Origin: Lama guanicoe
Lineage: Eukaryota
Length of the DNA stretch: 64,000 nucleotides
Direction: 5' to 3'
Assembly: GCA_013239625.1 (NCBI GenBank)
Contig: MU054187.1
Span: 3,669,757 to 3,733,756, forward strand
In this document: positions 50,335-62,089 of the stretch, one piece after another
Layout: every line of letters begins with the position of its first letter
Position numbering within the stretch: position 1 is the first letter of the stretch
The notes under the pieces: generated by a model
Seen by the model: only the letters and a program-made list of their open reading frames with translations
The model's database searches: none
Told to the model about the DNA's origin: nothing
Made by a program: the position numbers and the translations under genes

Positions 50335-50373
50335 GTGTATGTATGTATGTATGTACACACACACACACACACA
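50335..50373. repeat. (TATG)n(CA)n compound microsatellite
   Basis: gtgtatgtatgtatgtatgtacacacacacacacacaca. Confidence 0.9.
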
Positions 50374-50399
50374 TCTATATGTACATATATTTTAAATAT

Positions 50400-50559
50400 T
50401 TTATTTGGTTTGGTTTTGGGTGTTTTTTTGTCTTGTTTTGGGGGGAGGTAATTAGGCTTATTTATTTACGTATTTATTTTAGTGGAAGTACTGGGGATTG
50501 AACCCAGGACCTCGCGCGTGCTAAGCATGCACTCGACCACTGAGCTCTACCCTCCCCCC
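50400..50559 (-). mobile_element. Vic-1-type camelid tRNA-derived SINE
   Basis: Minus strand GGGGGGAGGGTAGAGCTCAGTGGTCGAGTGCATGCTTAGCACGCGCGAGGTCCTGGGTTCAATCCCCAGTACTTCC (pol III A and B boxes), then an AT-rich linker, CCTAATTACCTCCCCCC and an A-rich tail. TSD-like gac[g/a]ttatgt[g/a]tat at 50327-50340 and 50560-50573. Confidence 0.88.
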
Positions 50560-51298
50560 GACATTATGTATATTTGTGAAATTCTCCTTGAAATACTCAC
50601 TTGATCCCAGTGAAAAATGAATGGATTCAGAATGATGTCCCCACAGTATTTCAGTCTGTGATAGGTCACTGCAATGTTATTCCTGTTGGTGGAGGAAAAT
50701 GACCTGTTTGCTTAGATCAATAATGACAGTTCATAAAGACTTTGGGGTTTTGGATGCAATATACTTTATTTGCATGAATCCATTTAGACACTATCCAGCA
50801 TCTGAAAATTAACCTTAGAAGATGCTGATGGCGTGATTCTTGACTTTGCTTCAGGAAAGCGCTTGGATCTCTGTGGCATCTTTGCTTTCAGAATGTTGAT
50901 TTGCCTCCTACTGGTGCTGCTATTAAGCATGGCAGGTGGTGCTTTGTTTTAATAAGAGTTTTAGCCGTAGCCGAACCACTGTGGGTTTAGAAAGAGCAGC
51001 TCATGTGCTTGCTGCAGAGTGGACCCTGCAATTTGTCACTTTGCGCGTAGAGCGAGTCTCTCTTGCAGCAAATCAGATTTACTGGTTAGTCTGCATTCCC
51101 AAGGACAGCCAGAAGAAAAGGCGGGGTGAGGCAAAGTGGGTGGAAATGGGATTTCAGGAACATCAGCGCTCAGGGAGTCTGGCTGGGATGGTTCCTGTTT
51201 CCATTGCTGTGAACCCAGTTCTTCTTTGGAACATTGTGTATAGTTCAGCATCATGAAGCCACAAAGCAGCCCCAGGGTGGAAATGGCAGTGGCTCTAT

Positions 51299-51313
51299 GC
51301 TGCCATCTGGTGG
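51299..51313 (-). promoter_or_regulatory. CTCF core motif
   Basis: Minus strand reads CCACCAGATGGCAGC, a full consensus match. Motif only. Confidence 0.45.
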
Positions 51314-52721
51314 CGGATTGCTGCACTACCTCCCCAGTGAGTCATACACTCCCTGGCCCTTGGCTGGCCCTCCAGCTCATGTGCAAAATCAGGCTTGGCC
51401 TGCTGGTCAGTCTGTGTGCCACAGGAACGTCTAGATTCTTCTGGTGTTCTTTCCCCTTCTGGGGACTATGTCTCTCCTCCCCTTAGGTAACTGGGTGCCC
51501 TCTGTACTGTCTCTCCTTTTCCATCAGTCCAAGAAGAGTAGTTAGAACAGTTAACCCTTACTGAGTCCTCCTGGCTCCCAGGTTCACTAAGTGCTTTGTA
51601 AACATCGTTTTATTAAACCTGGAAAAACCCACCTGGGGTAGAGATAATGCATAATTATTGTCCCATTGTACAGATGAGAAAGCTTACTGAGCAGTGGCTG
51701 AGCCCGCGCTCCTCACCACCATCTGTCTAGAGCCTGAACTCTTAGTCTCTGCGTGCCTGCACGCCTGTGTGTGAATTGAATAAAATATTACCTATCCCAT
51801 GGACATCTTGCTTAGTCTCTTTTCTAACTGTGGAGTGAAGGAGGTCAAGCATTCACAAGCAGGTTGCAGAAATATTGGGAGGATATAGGGAGCCCTTAAC
51901 TAAGAGGGAGCCCTTAGATCGGCCCATGGGGAAGGCGGCGTGTTTCTGGGGTGGCTGAGCCCATCTGGAGAAGGTGGAGTGACTTAACAAATGTGAACGT
52001 CAAACAAGATAATCACACAAACTAGATTTGGATATTCTGCACCAAAATTAATGGTCGCTGTGGCCTGATGTCGGATAGACTCCTGGTTAATGTTCACACA
52101 AGACCAAAGCAATGTATTCAGTAAAGGGGTAAATATTCACTTTGTGACGCATTTGAGTTGAATACAACCTCTTTAATTTGGAGACTAGAAACTCTAATTG
52201 ATTTTAATGCAAGACTGTTTTTTAGAATACTTAATAGAGATTATGTATTTTGTGTTATTTTTTATCATAGACTTCAACCAAAAATAATAGTCAACCAGTC
52301 AACTGTCCATCCAACCATCGAAAGTACAAATTCTTATTAAACCTACAAACATGATGCTGTACTAGTCACTATGTTGCCAAGGATTTCCTTCTGGTCTGGT
52401 TTTTAAATAGACAAAGTATTTAAAATTAAAATCTAGACTTTGATATTTTATATTATATGGAATGCATTTCATATTTTATAATGAAAATATAGACTTTAAG
52501 CTTGTGGCATTCTGGAGCCCCACCTACGTCCTGAGCACTGGTGTTCCTGAAACCCTATTTCCACCCATTTTCTCTGGCTCTACATTTTTGATCCGTGAGG
52601 ACCCCAGGGTGGGGTCCTGAGCTGTAAACAGCCTGTGGATTCAGCCATGTCTGGAGATACCAGGAAGGCCCCCCCCAGAGTAGAACAATAATAGGATAGT
52701 AGGAAGGACATTGGAAAGAGT

Positions 52722-53323
52722 TTATATATCCAGAAGGAACCTTGCTTCAGGATGACACCTGCACCCCAGTGTTCATACAGCACTATTTACAATAGCCAAG
52801 ACATGGCGACAGCCTAAATGTCCATCAACGGATGACTGGATAAAGAAGCTGTGGTATATTTATACAATGGAATACTACTCAGCCATAAAAACCCGACAAC
52901 ATAATGCCATTTGCAGCAACATGGATGCTCCTGGAGAATGTCTTTCTGAGTGAAGTAAGCCAGAAAGAGAAAGAAAGATACCATATGAGATCGCTCATAT
53001 ATGGAATCGGAAAAAAAAAACACAAACAAAGCATAAATACAAAACAGAAATAGACTCATAGACGTAGAATACAAACTTGTGGTTGCCAAGGTGAGGTTGG
53101 GAAGGGATAGATGGGATTTCAAAATTGTAGAATAGATAAACAAGATTATACTGTATAGCACAGGGAAATATACGCAAGATCTTATGGTAGCTCACAGAGA
53201 GAGGAATGTGACAATGAATATATATATGTTTATGTATAACTGAAAAATTGTGCTCTACGCTGGAATTTGATACAACATTGTAAAATGATTATAAGTCAAT
53301 AAAAACTGTTAAGAAAAAAAAAA
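52722..53323 (+). mobile_element. 5'-truncated, relatively young L1 (camelid type): ORF2 end, 3' UTR and poly-A
   Basis: 'cactatttacaatagccaagacatgg...tggataaagaagctgtggtatatttatacaatggaatactactcagcc...aacaagattatactgtatagcacagggaaatata...caataaaaactgttaag(A)n'. Confidence 0.88.
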
Positions 53324-53379
53324 GCCTGTTTTACTTACAGGTTTCTTCCAAGCTTTAGAATAAGAAGGGAGGGGGATGG

Positions 53380-53800
53380 TGGTAAGGCCGGCACCGGGAG
53401 GCAGCCTTGCTAACTGCTCCGTGGTACGGCAGCCGCAGGCCCAGAGCTGCGAGGAGAGGAGGCTGTGGCGCGCACGCGAGGCCACGGCCTCCACGTCTCC
53501 GTGAGCCGCTGAGCGCGAGCATGAGGACTAGGGGGGCCACGTCCGGTGGGGCACCGGCAAGATGCTTGTCTTCACCCAGACAGACAATGGCGAGGGCAGG
53601 CTGGAGAATGGAAAAAGGCAGAGGCTCTGCGTCCGACGCCGGAGCTTGGCTGCGCAGAGGCCCCTGCCAGCGGCCTCCGCTCCCCTGCAGCAGGCTGGCG
53701 AGCGCCCGCTCACCTTGCCAGAGTCCCTGCAGAAGGCGGGCCGTGTGAGTTACTTCTGGGCAATGAGACGGGAGCGGAGGCCGTGAGGTTGCACTCCCAG
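53380..53800. promoter_or_regulatory. Small orphan CpG-rich island
   Basis: About 400 bp of high GC with many CpGs; no associated exon or repeat recognised. Confidence 0.45.
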
Positions 53801-54383
53801 CAGAGGTTTTGAAAGAGACAGTGCTTCTCCAGCCTGTGTCCTCCCTCCCCCTTATCCTGCCTGCTTTAACCTGTCCAGCCCTGCACACTTACTGCTAGAG
53901 TTCTTTTGAACGAACAAATAAACGCCCATTAAAAACAACAAAAAAACCCCCCAAACCTCTGTGTAGTGGGGATTTCTAGTCTTTGCTAACGCGTTCCTAA
54001 CTGATGGAGCCTCTGAGAAGCACTAGCGCTGTTAAACACCGAGGTGGTGCTGGTGGCGCCCTGGGCCAGCCCGCTTTGGGAAGTGGGAGCCAGGGGTGCT
54101 GGAGGCGACATTAGGAATGGTGGTGGGAGAGTTGATGGGCCATGTGTACATGAACTTTGGTGGGGGTGGGGATGGAGGTCTTAAATTTTTGCAAGTGGGG
54201 TGGGAAGCTGAAAAGAGCTACACTATGGGTTTCTTGGTTGTGATTCCTTTGTACCCACGATCTGGTGTAGACTGAGAAATCTTGGGTTGCAAATTAATTA
54301 GTGTTCACATCCATGGATTTCAATGCATCAATCTGCTGATTTTTTTGGTAAGAATCCACTATGTGCTTAACAGTTCACTGGAT

Positions 54384-54586
54384 CAGAGTTTGGCAGACTT
54401 TTCTGTAGAGGGCAGACAGTAAATACTTCAATCTCGTCCCAGCTCCTCAGTACTACCGTTGTTGCACGAAGGTGACCTTTGGCAATGTGTAAGCAGTGAG
54501 CATGGGTATGTTCCAATAAAACTTTATTTACAAAAGCAGGCAGTGGGCTGGGTTTGACCTTAGATCTATAGCTTGCCAGCCCTTTG
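54384..54586. mobile_element. MER58A-like hAT DNA transposon
   Basis: 'cagagtttggcagacttttctgtagagggc...gttccaataaaactttatttacaaaagcaggcagtgggctgg...ttgccagccc'; 8-bp flanks cactggat / ctctagat (6/8 match). Confidence 0.75.
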
Positions 54587-54879
54587 CTCTAGATCTCATA
54601 GTGACGCACCGTTAATTTGTACAGCAAACTTCATTTGTCTCCATAACAATTTTCTCAGGATTTTTCTCCACGAAAGTTGAATGATGTTGAGCAGATTCTC
54701 TGGGCCGGTTCCTTTTGAGAAATGCTTCCTATAGACATTGCAAATAATTCAAATTAATGGGCATTCACTCGACTCTGAATCCCCCATCTAAGGACCGGTT
54801 CCTCTGGTGATGCTGTCCACACCATGTGTCTCGGCTGGAATGCCTGTTTTCCCTTACCACACAGCTTGGGCGGAAGGGG

Positions 54880-55090
54880 ACAATAGGTTTGAGATTCAGA
54901 GCCTGGCTTTGGAATTTCTACCACTTACTAGATGAAAGAACTTGGGTAGGCTGCTTCTATTTATTCCAAGTGTCTGTTTCTTCATCATTAAACTCTATAA
55001 AACCTGCACCAGAGGGATGTCTTGATTGAGTGATGCACCGTCTCTAAGGTAAAAAGCTCAGGGACTGGCACATAGAAACTGCTCAGGAAA
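54880..55090 (+). mobile_element. MIR remnant
   Basis: 'tcagagcctggctttggaatttctaccacttactagatg...tctgtttcttcatc...ctggcacatagaaactgctca'. Confidence 0.55.
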
Positions 55091-56169
55091 GGCTATTTCT
55101 ACGTATGTTTGAACTTTCGGGGGCAGGCCGTGGAATCGACTCTGTATTTGGTGCAGCCTCATCTCTGAATAATCACTAAATCTCCCGTGTGCGAGGAGGA
55201 TCTTGAGAAAATAACTTACGCAACTTACACAGTATTATCTGCACTGCAGCCACAGGACGTAAGGAGAGGGTTTCAGGCGGCCCTCTCCTCACCTGTCCAG
55301 GTGACCCCACCTGCTCCAGCGTGTGCACTGCAGTGCCAGGCCGAGGATGCTGTCTTGCAGAGGTTCCAGTGATGCACTTAACTGCACATTGTTTGTGTTT
55401 ATGTTAAATGAGGTGCACATATCTGGCCCTTGTGTCAAAAATTCTTTTCCCCCCTGAATTTACTAAGAAGTGTTATTTTTTGTTTGTCTGTTAATAAATA
55501 AGAGTTTGGACTTTGCAGCTGTCCTATCCACAAATTTTTATATTGAAAATTTTAATGAAAGACATTTAGGAAAAAAAAAACCCACTACACGTTTTAAGGA
55601 AAATATGAACAGAATGGGATGTGTTTAAAGTGGGCCTGGACTATTTATTGAGGAGAGGTAAAGTTTTCCCAAGTAGGAATGCATTTAAAATAATCTGGAA
55701 GAATACTTGATAAAATATGCAGCAGATGGAGCAAGAAATTATGTAAGACAGTTCCTAGGAAGAATTTAAAAATTAATCTCTGAAGCGTTTGCCTCTCTGT
55801 TATGCTCCATTCTCTCAGTAGATGGCACCCTTTTCCTACTGTCAAAGCTTTTATTTACACTAAGGTGTAAAGGGCTGACAGTCTTTACAACAGTAACTAA
55901 ATCCTCCTTGGGTCTTAGCTAAATACATATACGCAGCCCCATTATACCTACAATGCCTTGTACATGGAATGGATTGATGGTTAAGCCAATATTTTAACTA
56001 CAGTAAAGAAATTTATTCCTGTGTTTCCCTTGGATATATTTGCAAAATTCAATTCTTTCATTCATCTCTGGGTGATTCACAGCCATAGTCCCTGTATTGT
56101 CCTCTTTCCAATAGTCTAACTTCACCCTAAGCCTCTTACTCTAGACAGGTGACTCATTTATGCTTTTAT

Positions 56170-56600
56170 GAGGAAGATCGGTCCATTCATGTTTTTATTC
56201 GTTCATTTATTCAATCTGCAATCCTTCATTTAGTGCCTGCTCTACGCCAGATACTGCTGAGTTCAAAGGATGCAAAGATGCGTGAGTCATGGTCTTTGCC
56301 TTTAGCTCAAAACTTATTTGGAGGAGACACAAACACAGTTATGTTACATACACATTATATTACATATTACATTGTTAGAGATATACGTCTGATGTTATGG
56401 AGGCCCAGAGAAAGTGGACCAAACCCAGCCTGTGGGAGGCAGTGTGGGAGAGCTCCCTGGGATTATTAATATACCTAAGTCAAATCTTAAAGGATGAAAA
56501 GGAATTAGTTTAGCAGATATCAGGTCAGAGACACGTTCCAGGTGAGGAGTATTCTGAACAAAGGAGTGGAGGTGGATACATCATAGATGTGTGGGTACTT
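56170..56600 (-). mobile_element. L2 remnant
   Basis: 'ccattcatgtttttattcgttcatttattcaa...tgcctgctctacgccagatactgctg...aaatcttaaaggatgaaaaggaattag'. Confidence 0.55.
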
Positions 56601-56627
56601 TCAGAGCAGCTCAACCTTAAACACTAC

Positions 56628-56803
56628 TGACAGTTCTCAATCCTGGCAGCATACTAGATTCACTTGGGGACTTTCTGAAAAATACCAAAGCCTAGACTCC
56701 ATCCCCAGCTAGACTTTAATTCATCTGGAAATGCCTCGGCACTGGTGTTTTAAAGAAAAATTCCCTAGGTGATTTCAATCAGCCTCCAGGGTTGGGAAGC
56801 CCT
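56628..56803. mobile_element. MER5A-like hAT MITE
   Basis: 'gttctcaatcctggcagcatactagattcacttgggga...ccctaggtgatttcaatcagcctccagggttgggaagccctg'. Confidence 0.65.
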
Positions 56804-58308
56804 GTGTTTGTTGCTGAGAGAGTGATGGCAGACGACCTGGAAAGGTAAACAGAAGTCTTCTCATTTTACCCATGGGAGGCGTGTTTAATAGGTGGGCCCT
56901 GGTTCCCCTCCCAGGAAACTGAACAGTTTCCAAATGAACATCCTAACAGCAGTCAGAAAGTTACTTTTGAGAAACATCAGAATCCCTCAGGGAAACCTTG
57001 AGAGTGGGGCTAAGTTGCGTGGACTTTGTCCTTTTATCAGTGTGGAACTGTTAAAGAGGTTTTATTTTGTTGTGTTTGTTTTGTTGGTTTTTTTTTTTTT
57101 TGCAAGGGACTGAGGTGGTTTTGGAATTGCCTTTGAGAGGAGCCACCAGAGTGGTCCTGAGGGAAGGATGGTGTGAGAGGAGGCAGGGAGGTAAATGAGA
57201 AAGCTCTTGTAGAACTCCAGGAAGGAAGATGAGTGCCTGCCTGACCGAGGGTGGTGGCTATTAAGGACAGAGGTCGAGGTGGGGACGGTGGGGATGCTGG
57301 AAATATTTGCGATGCCAAATTGCCAGGACTTGGTGATTAATAGTGGCTAAAACAGAAGGACAGGACTTGATTAGAATCTTTAGGGACCCTAAATATTAAA
57401 AATGAATCTGTTGCCTCATAGTACATAGTTTTTTTTTAAAGCTATAATGGACCATATAATGAGTATGAGAAAATTCAGCAAAGTTCTATTTTTAATTTTT
57501 TTCCTGTAGTAAGCTGTGTGTGTGTACAATTTCAAATATTGGATGCTTTCTAAATTTTTTTCCTGGTGTCTCTTGTTGCTGGTACCTGGAATACATACTA
57601 GACCTGACTACTGGGAAATTCAATACTAAGAGGAGGAATAAAGAATTAATTCCAGGGTGTCTGGGCAGAGAGTGGTTCCACCCACCGACACAGAGATTAC
57701 AAGGTGGGGGTGGGGATGGTGGTCCTGGGTTTTTTGGTTTTTGTTTGCTTTTTTTTTTTTTTGCAGGAAGGGATTTGTGCAGATGTCCAGCAGGTTTTCA
57801 GAAATCCAAGTTTAGGGGCAAGGGCTGGACCTTAGAGGCTGACATGGGAGCCATGGGCATATTTGTGGTTGCTAAAAAAATAAGAGGGGTGTGATTATTT
57901 TTGTTTTGTGAAATAGACTCAATTGTCTGTCTAACCATGGAAGTTCCCGAGAGTGAAAACTGCCCTGACTCAAAAGAAACCCCGGGATCACCCACACTTC
58001 AGAGGTGGTGAAGGCAGATGTGAAGAAGAAGAAAGAGAAAGGTCAATGAGGTGAAAGGAAGGTTATAACAGGAGGCCAGGTGTCAATTTAGGTGATAAAG
58101 AAGACAGTTTTATTAAGGAACAGACTGAAAACAATGTTCGTCGGTGATGGTGCTATAAAGGAATATAGGATGATGCAGTTGGAATGGAAGGAACCCACGG
58201 AAGTAGGGGAGAAGGGTGTAAGACTGAGAGAATTAGAGGAACAGGAGACGAGTCAGAATGGGACACTGAAACTTAACATGTCAGGGAAGAGGCAACCTGG
58301 CAGGCAAA

Positions 58309-58686
58309 TGTCTTAGTCAGCTTGGGCTGCTATTAAAAATATACCATAGACGGAGTGGCTTCAACTACAGAAGTTAATTTCTCATAGTTCTGCAGGCTGG
58401 GAAGTCCAAGATCAAGGCACTGGCAGACCCTGTGTGTGGTGAGGGTCCACTTCCCTATTGGGAGAGGGGGCAGAGGCGGAGGGAGGAGGAGACAGGGGGA
58501 GAAGGGGAGAGGAGGGTGAGAGAGGAGCTGGCTCTCTTCCTCTTCTTATAGGGACAAAAATCCGATCACACAGGCTCCACCTTCACATCTTAATTATCTC
58601 CCAAAGCCCTAACTCTGAATCCCATTACATTGCGGGGTTAGGATCTCAATATATGAATTTTGGAGGGACACAAACAGTCCATAACA
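58309..58686 (-). mobile_element. MLT1A-like solo LTR (ERVL-MaLR)
   Basis: TG...CA bounded; 'tgtcttagtcagcttgggctgcta...gttctgcaggctgggaagtccaagatcaagg...atatgaattttggagggacacaaacagtccataaca'. Confidence 0.85.
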
Positions 58687-59074
58687 ATAAGCTATAGGAA
58701 AACTGGCAGACAAGGGGGGCCCTCAAGTAATGGGGATGCTGGCATATTGGACTAGTCATGGGGTGCATTGACAGCTCCCCAAAAGCGGGGGTGGTGGAAC
58801 CAAGAACCAGGGAACCAAGTTCAAATTCTACGAATGAGGGAAAACTTAGGGGAATTGTTGGGTATCAGAGTGATGGAAAGTGGCTCAAATTGAAGACGTA
58901 ACTTGTGGGGAAACATTTTCACTCAAAGATGGAGGAGTAATAGCCTAAAACCTTGTAAACTAATATTTGTTGAGTGCTTCCTATATGCTAGGGGCTATTT
59001 GAAGCTGTTCTATATCCATCGACTTACTGAACTGTCACAGTAACTTTATAGGGTGAATACTACCATCATTTACA

Positions 59075-59410
59075 TGTTATGAATAACGTTGCGCAAAGCT
59101 TGTTAACAGAAACCTCCGTTAAATAGCTTCGGGAGACCAGCAGGGGGCGCTCTCATTCCCTGCGCCCGCCAGGAAGCAGGCAGGCTCCTCCTCTTTCCCG
59201 GCGAGGACGCAGCCAATGAGGAGCCGCGGCCGCCTAGCTTCCTGCGCCTGTCCGCGCTTCCTGCTCCCCTCTATAAAGGCGTCCCTAGCGCGGCAGGGAT
59301 ACGCTGTGGCAGCTGCGGTGGCCGACCTCCAGGTGCGAGGCTCGGCCGAGCCCAGGTCAGCCCGCCTTTGCTGGAGGAATGTCTGGCGGCTTATTTGCTT
59401 CAGGCCCACG
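59075..59410 (+). mobile_element. ERV 5' LTR (class I), unusually CpG-rich
   Basis: Starts tgtta...; CCAAT at 59213-59217, TATAAA at 59272-59277; U5-like end 'ctttgctggaggaatgtctggcggcttatttgcttcaggcccacg'. Followed by a PBS-like sequence and gag. Boundaries approximate. Confidence 0.7.
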
Positions 59411-62070
59411 TCTGGGCGGCCCGGCTTGGGGCCTGGGAAGATCTCCCGCGGGTCCGGGCCTGGGGAGCCGGCGAGTGTGGGGCGCACAGGGGAGCCCCCG
59501 GGAGCGCACGGCTTTTCTCTCCGGCCCTGGCGTTTGAAGGTAGGCCGTTCTCCTGAACCCGAGCCTCCGCGCTCTCTGTGTCTGATGCTCGCTGGGCGTT
59601 GTTCGAGGTCTGTTTCCAGGTCTGGGTGTGTTTTGGGCTGAGGCCCGCTCTGTGTGCGCGTCCTCGGTTCGGTGCTCCGGTCTGGCCTGGAGCTCTTTTC
59701 GTCCCCTGGAAGCGGCCTCGGTTCCCTCAGCGCTGGCTGGGAGCAGGCCTGCAGGCTGTTTCAGGTGTTCAGTTTGTTTGAGCTGTTTGAGCTGGCAACT
59801 GTTTGGGCTGTTCAGGCCATTTGAAAATTATTCTTTAACTCTAGAAAAGAAAAAAAAAAAAGAAACCTGATAAATGGGGTCCTATTTATCTAAACATTTT
59901 GAGTGCCCCCCCACCGCCACAGGGATTCGGGCCAAGTTTATGCTTAAGAACCGTGATCCTACCTCGTGTCTGTTTCTAACGAAATGTCCCCCACCTGATC
60001 AAAGGCAGTTAGCACACCGCTGACCATTGCAGGGAACTTTTGAAATCCCCAAACCTAATTTTCTTAAAACCAAAGTGGACCACTATAGCTGTAAAATTTC
60101 CAGAAATGAATGGAATGCCTATTTCAGTTGGGGTTTTGCAGCTTCCAGATCTTTCCAGGAGTTTGCCTCCCTGCAAAGTGAGGAGGCTTGAAGGTGAACT
60201 GGGTCAAACAAACAAAGACAGAATGGCTCTCCTCCTCAGACTCCCCCACCTCCCTCCCTCCCTCGGCTCCTCAAGGTCAGGCTCCCGCTCTGTCCCCGTC
60301 GTCTTTTCTCCTTTCCTACCACCTGCACCCCCTCTAAACCCTCAGTTTTCCTGTACTAATTCCCTCGCTATACTTCCTTCTTCCTCTTCACTAATCAGAA
60401 CCTGTCCCTTCACAATGAAGACTTCTCAGGCTCCAGAGGCTGAACCTCGCATTTCTTACACTCCCAGGGCTAAAGCTGAACTTCGCACCATCGGCAAAGA
60501 TTTCCCCTGGGGAATCATTAAAGACCCTCACAGATTGGCCAAGGAATTTAGTAGAGTCATTCAAACTTAGCAACCTGGCTTCTCTGGCTTACATCGTATG
60601 TCTGCCAGTGCAGGTCAGGCCCGGCATTGGGTGAGAACCGCTAATTGGGAAAACCCAGAATTACAACTGGAAACCAGCTGCTGGTCATTCTGTGATCAGG
60701 CTCAGGCAATTGCTAGCTGACTTCATTGGGCAATTCCGAGGGCTTTCCCAAAGCCTGTGGATTGGAACAAAATTCAGGCGTGCACACAGAAATCTGATGA
60801 ATTTGTTTGTGACTATCACCGGTCTCCCCCAATGTTTCTTCCACCTGTGTACCTTTGAAGTCTAGTTGATGGGATGAGCCAGCACTTTCCCTTCTAGTAA
60901 AGCGAACGGGAAGCTGTATCCACTCCAGATTTAGTTCACCTGGCAAACCAGTGCTCTCACACTCCAGAGGACTCACCTAAAAGGAAGACTGCCACCATTT
61001 TTAATCTTCAACTCCAGCAAATAAAGTCTTTAAAACAAAGCCAGACTCTCCCAGTTTCTGTTATTATTGCAAATATCCAGGATACTGGAAAAGAGATTGT
61101 TAGAAATTTTAGAGTTTTGGGCACCTTCCGCCTTCTATCCGGCCTTTCCAGCAGCCTCCTGATTCTCAGTGACGAGGTTCTGAGGATCTGCAAGGCTCTT
61201 CCCAGTTCTCCCTCCTAACTGGCTTTGGGAAACCTTTCCCCAGATTGGGGAAGAATCACTTCCAGTCCTAACTGATACAAGAGCCTCTCTGTGCTCAGCC
61301 CCACTGCACAAAGCAGCCCCGGTCTCAAGAGCACTGGAAGAGTTCAAATAATGATAAAGGGAATTGTTAATAATAATTGCTAATGGAAGTATCTAATGCG
61401 TCTTAAGAGGCTCCTGTCTCTGAATGTGTTCCCTTGTGCTGAGGCTTCTTAGAGAAGTTTCATGCCAGAATTTGACCGTAGTCATCAAAGCAGCCAACTG
61501 GGTGAATTAAGTGACCCTTTGACGTCTTTTACTTGTTCCATCTCTTACGGTCCTAGTACTGATTCTGGAAACACTGATCATTTGTCCACGTTGAATCAGC
61601 TACCATCCTCTTTATGGGCAAAAGCGCCAACTGATACTGGCAAAATTCACAGCACACATCCCATCAAGGTTCAAGCAGGCCCCTCAAAACCTTCTTCCCT
61701 GAATTCATCAATACTGTTATAATAAAGAAACCCTTCAAGGCATACAGCCCATAATAAAAAATTGAAAGTCTGGAGGCCGCATTGTCCCTTGTGCTCGCCC
61801 CTGTGACCCTGCTGCACTGCCAGTGAGGAGACCTGCGGGCTGAGGACCTCTGAGCAAGGAACCGCCTTGCTACCCCTCAACACTCTGCTGTCCCAGCCCC
61901 TCGTGCTGTCCTGACACCCACTCCCACCGGAAGTCAGTTCTTGACGGAAATTGATCTATGCAGTGCTTTCGTTAGTATTCCACTTGGCAAAGCTAGCCAG
62001 TACCTTTTTGCCTTCACTTCGGAAGAAAAACAATTCTCCCCGGACAGTCGTGCCTCAGTGTTTTACTGAG
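59411..62070 (+). mobile_element. Decayed class I ERV internal region: leader, gag, pro, 5' part of pol
   Basis: Gag-like peptide YTPRAKAELRTIGKDFP...DPHRLAKEF (ORF 60040-60570) and FPKPVDWNKIQACTQK. Zinc-knuckle remnant CYYCKYPGYWKRDC (61059-61100). Protease remnant VLTDTRAS (~61265). RT motifs LPSSLWAK...GKIHS (~61600) and IDLCSAFVSIP...SQYLFAFT...TVVPQCFTE (~61950-62070). Stops, frameshifts and deletions throughout. Confidence 0.88.
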
Positions 62071-62089
62071 AATATTTTTTAGAAAGCCA

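Noticed and set aside
50485..50559. tRNA-like sequence with A and B boxes
   Set aside because: It is the head of a SINE, with linker, tail and TSD, not a tRNA gene.
60040..60570. 176-aa gag-like ORF as a domesticated gene
   Set aside because: Non-ATG start, frameshifted relative to the upstream gag, stop inside the capsid-like region, mutated zinc knuckle; a decayed ERV.
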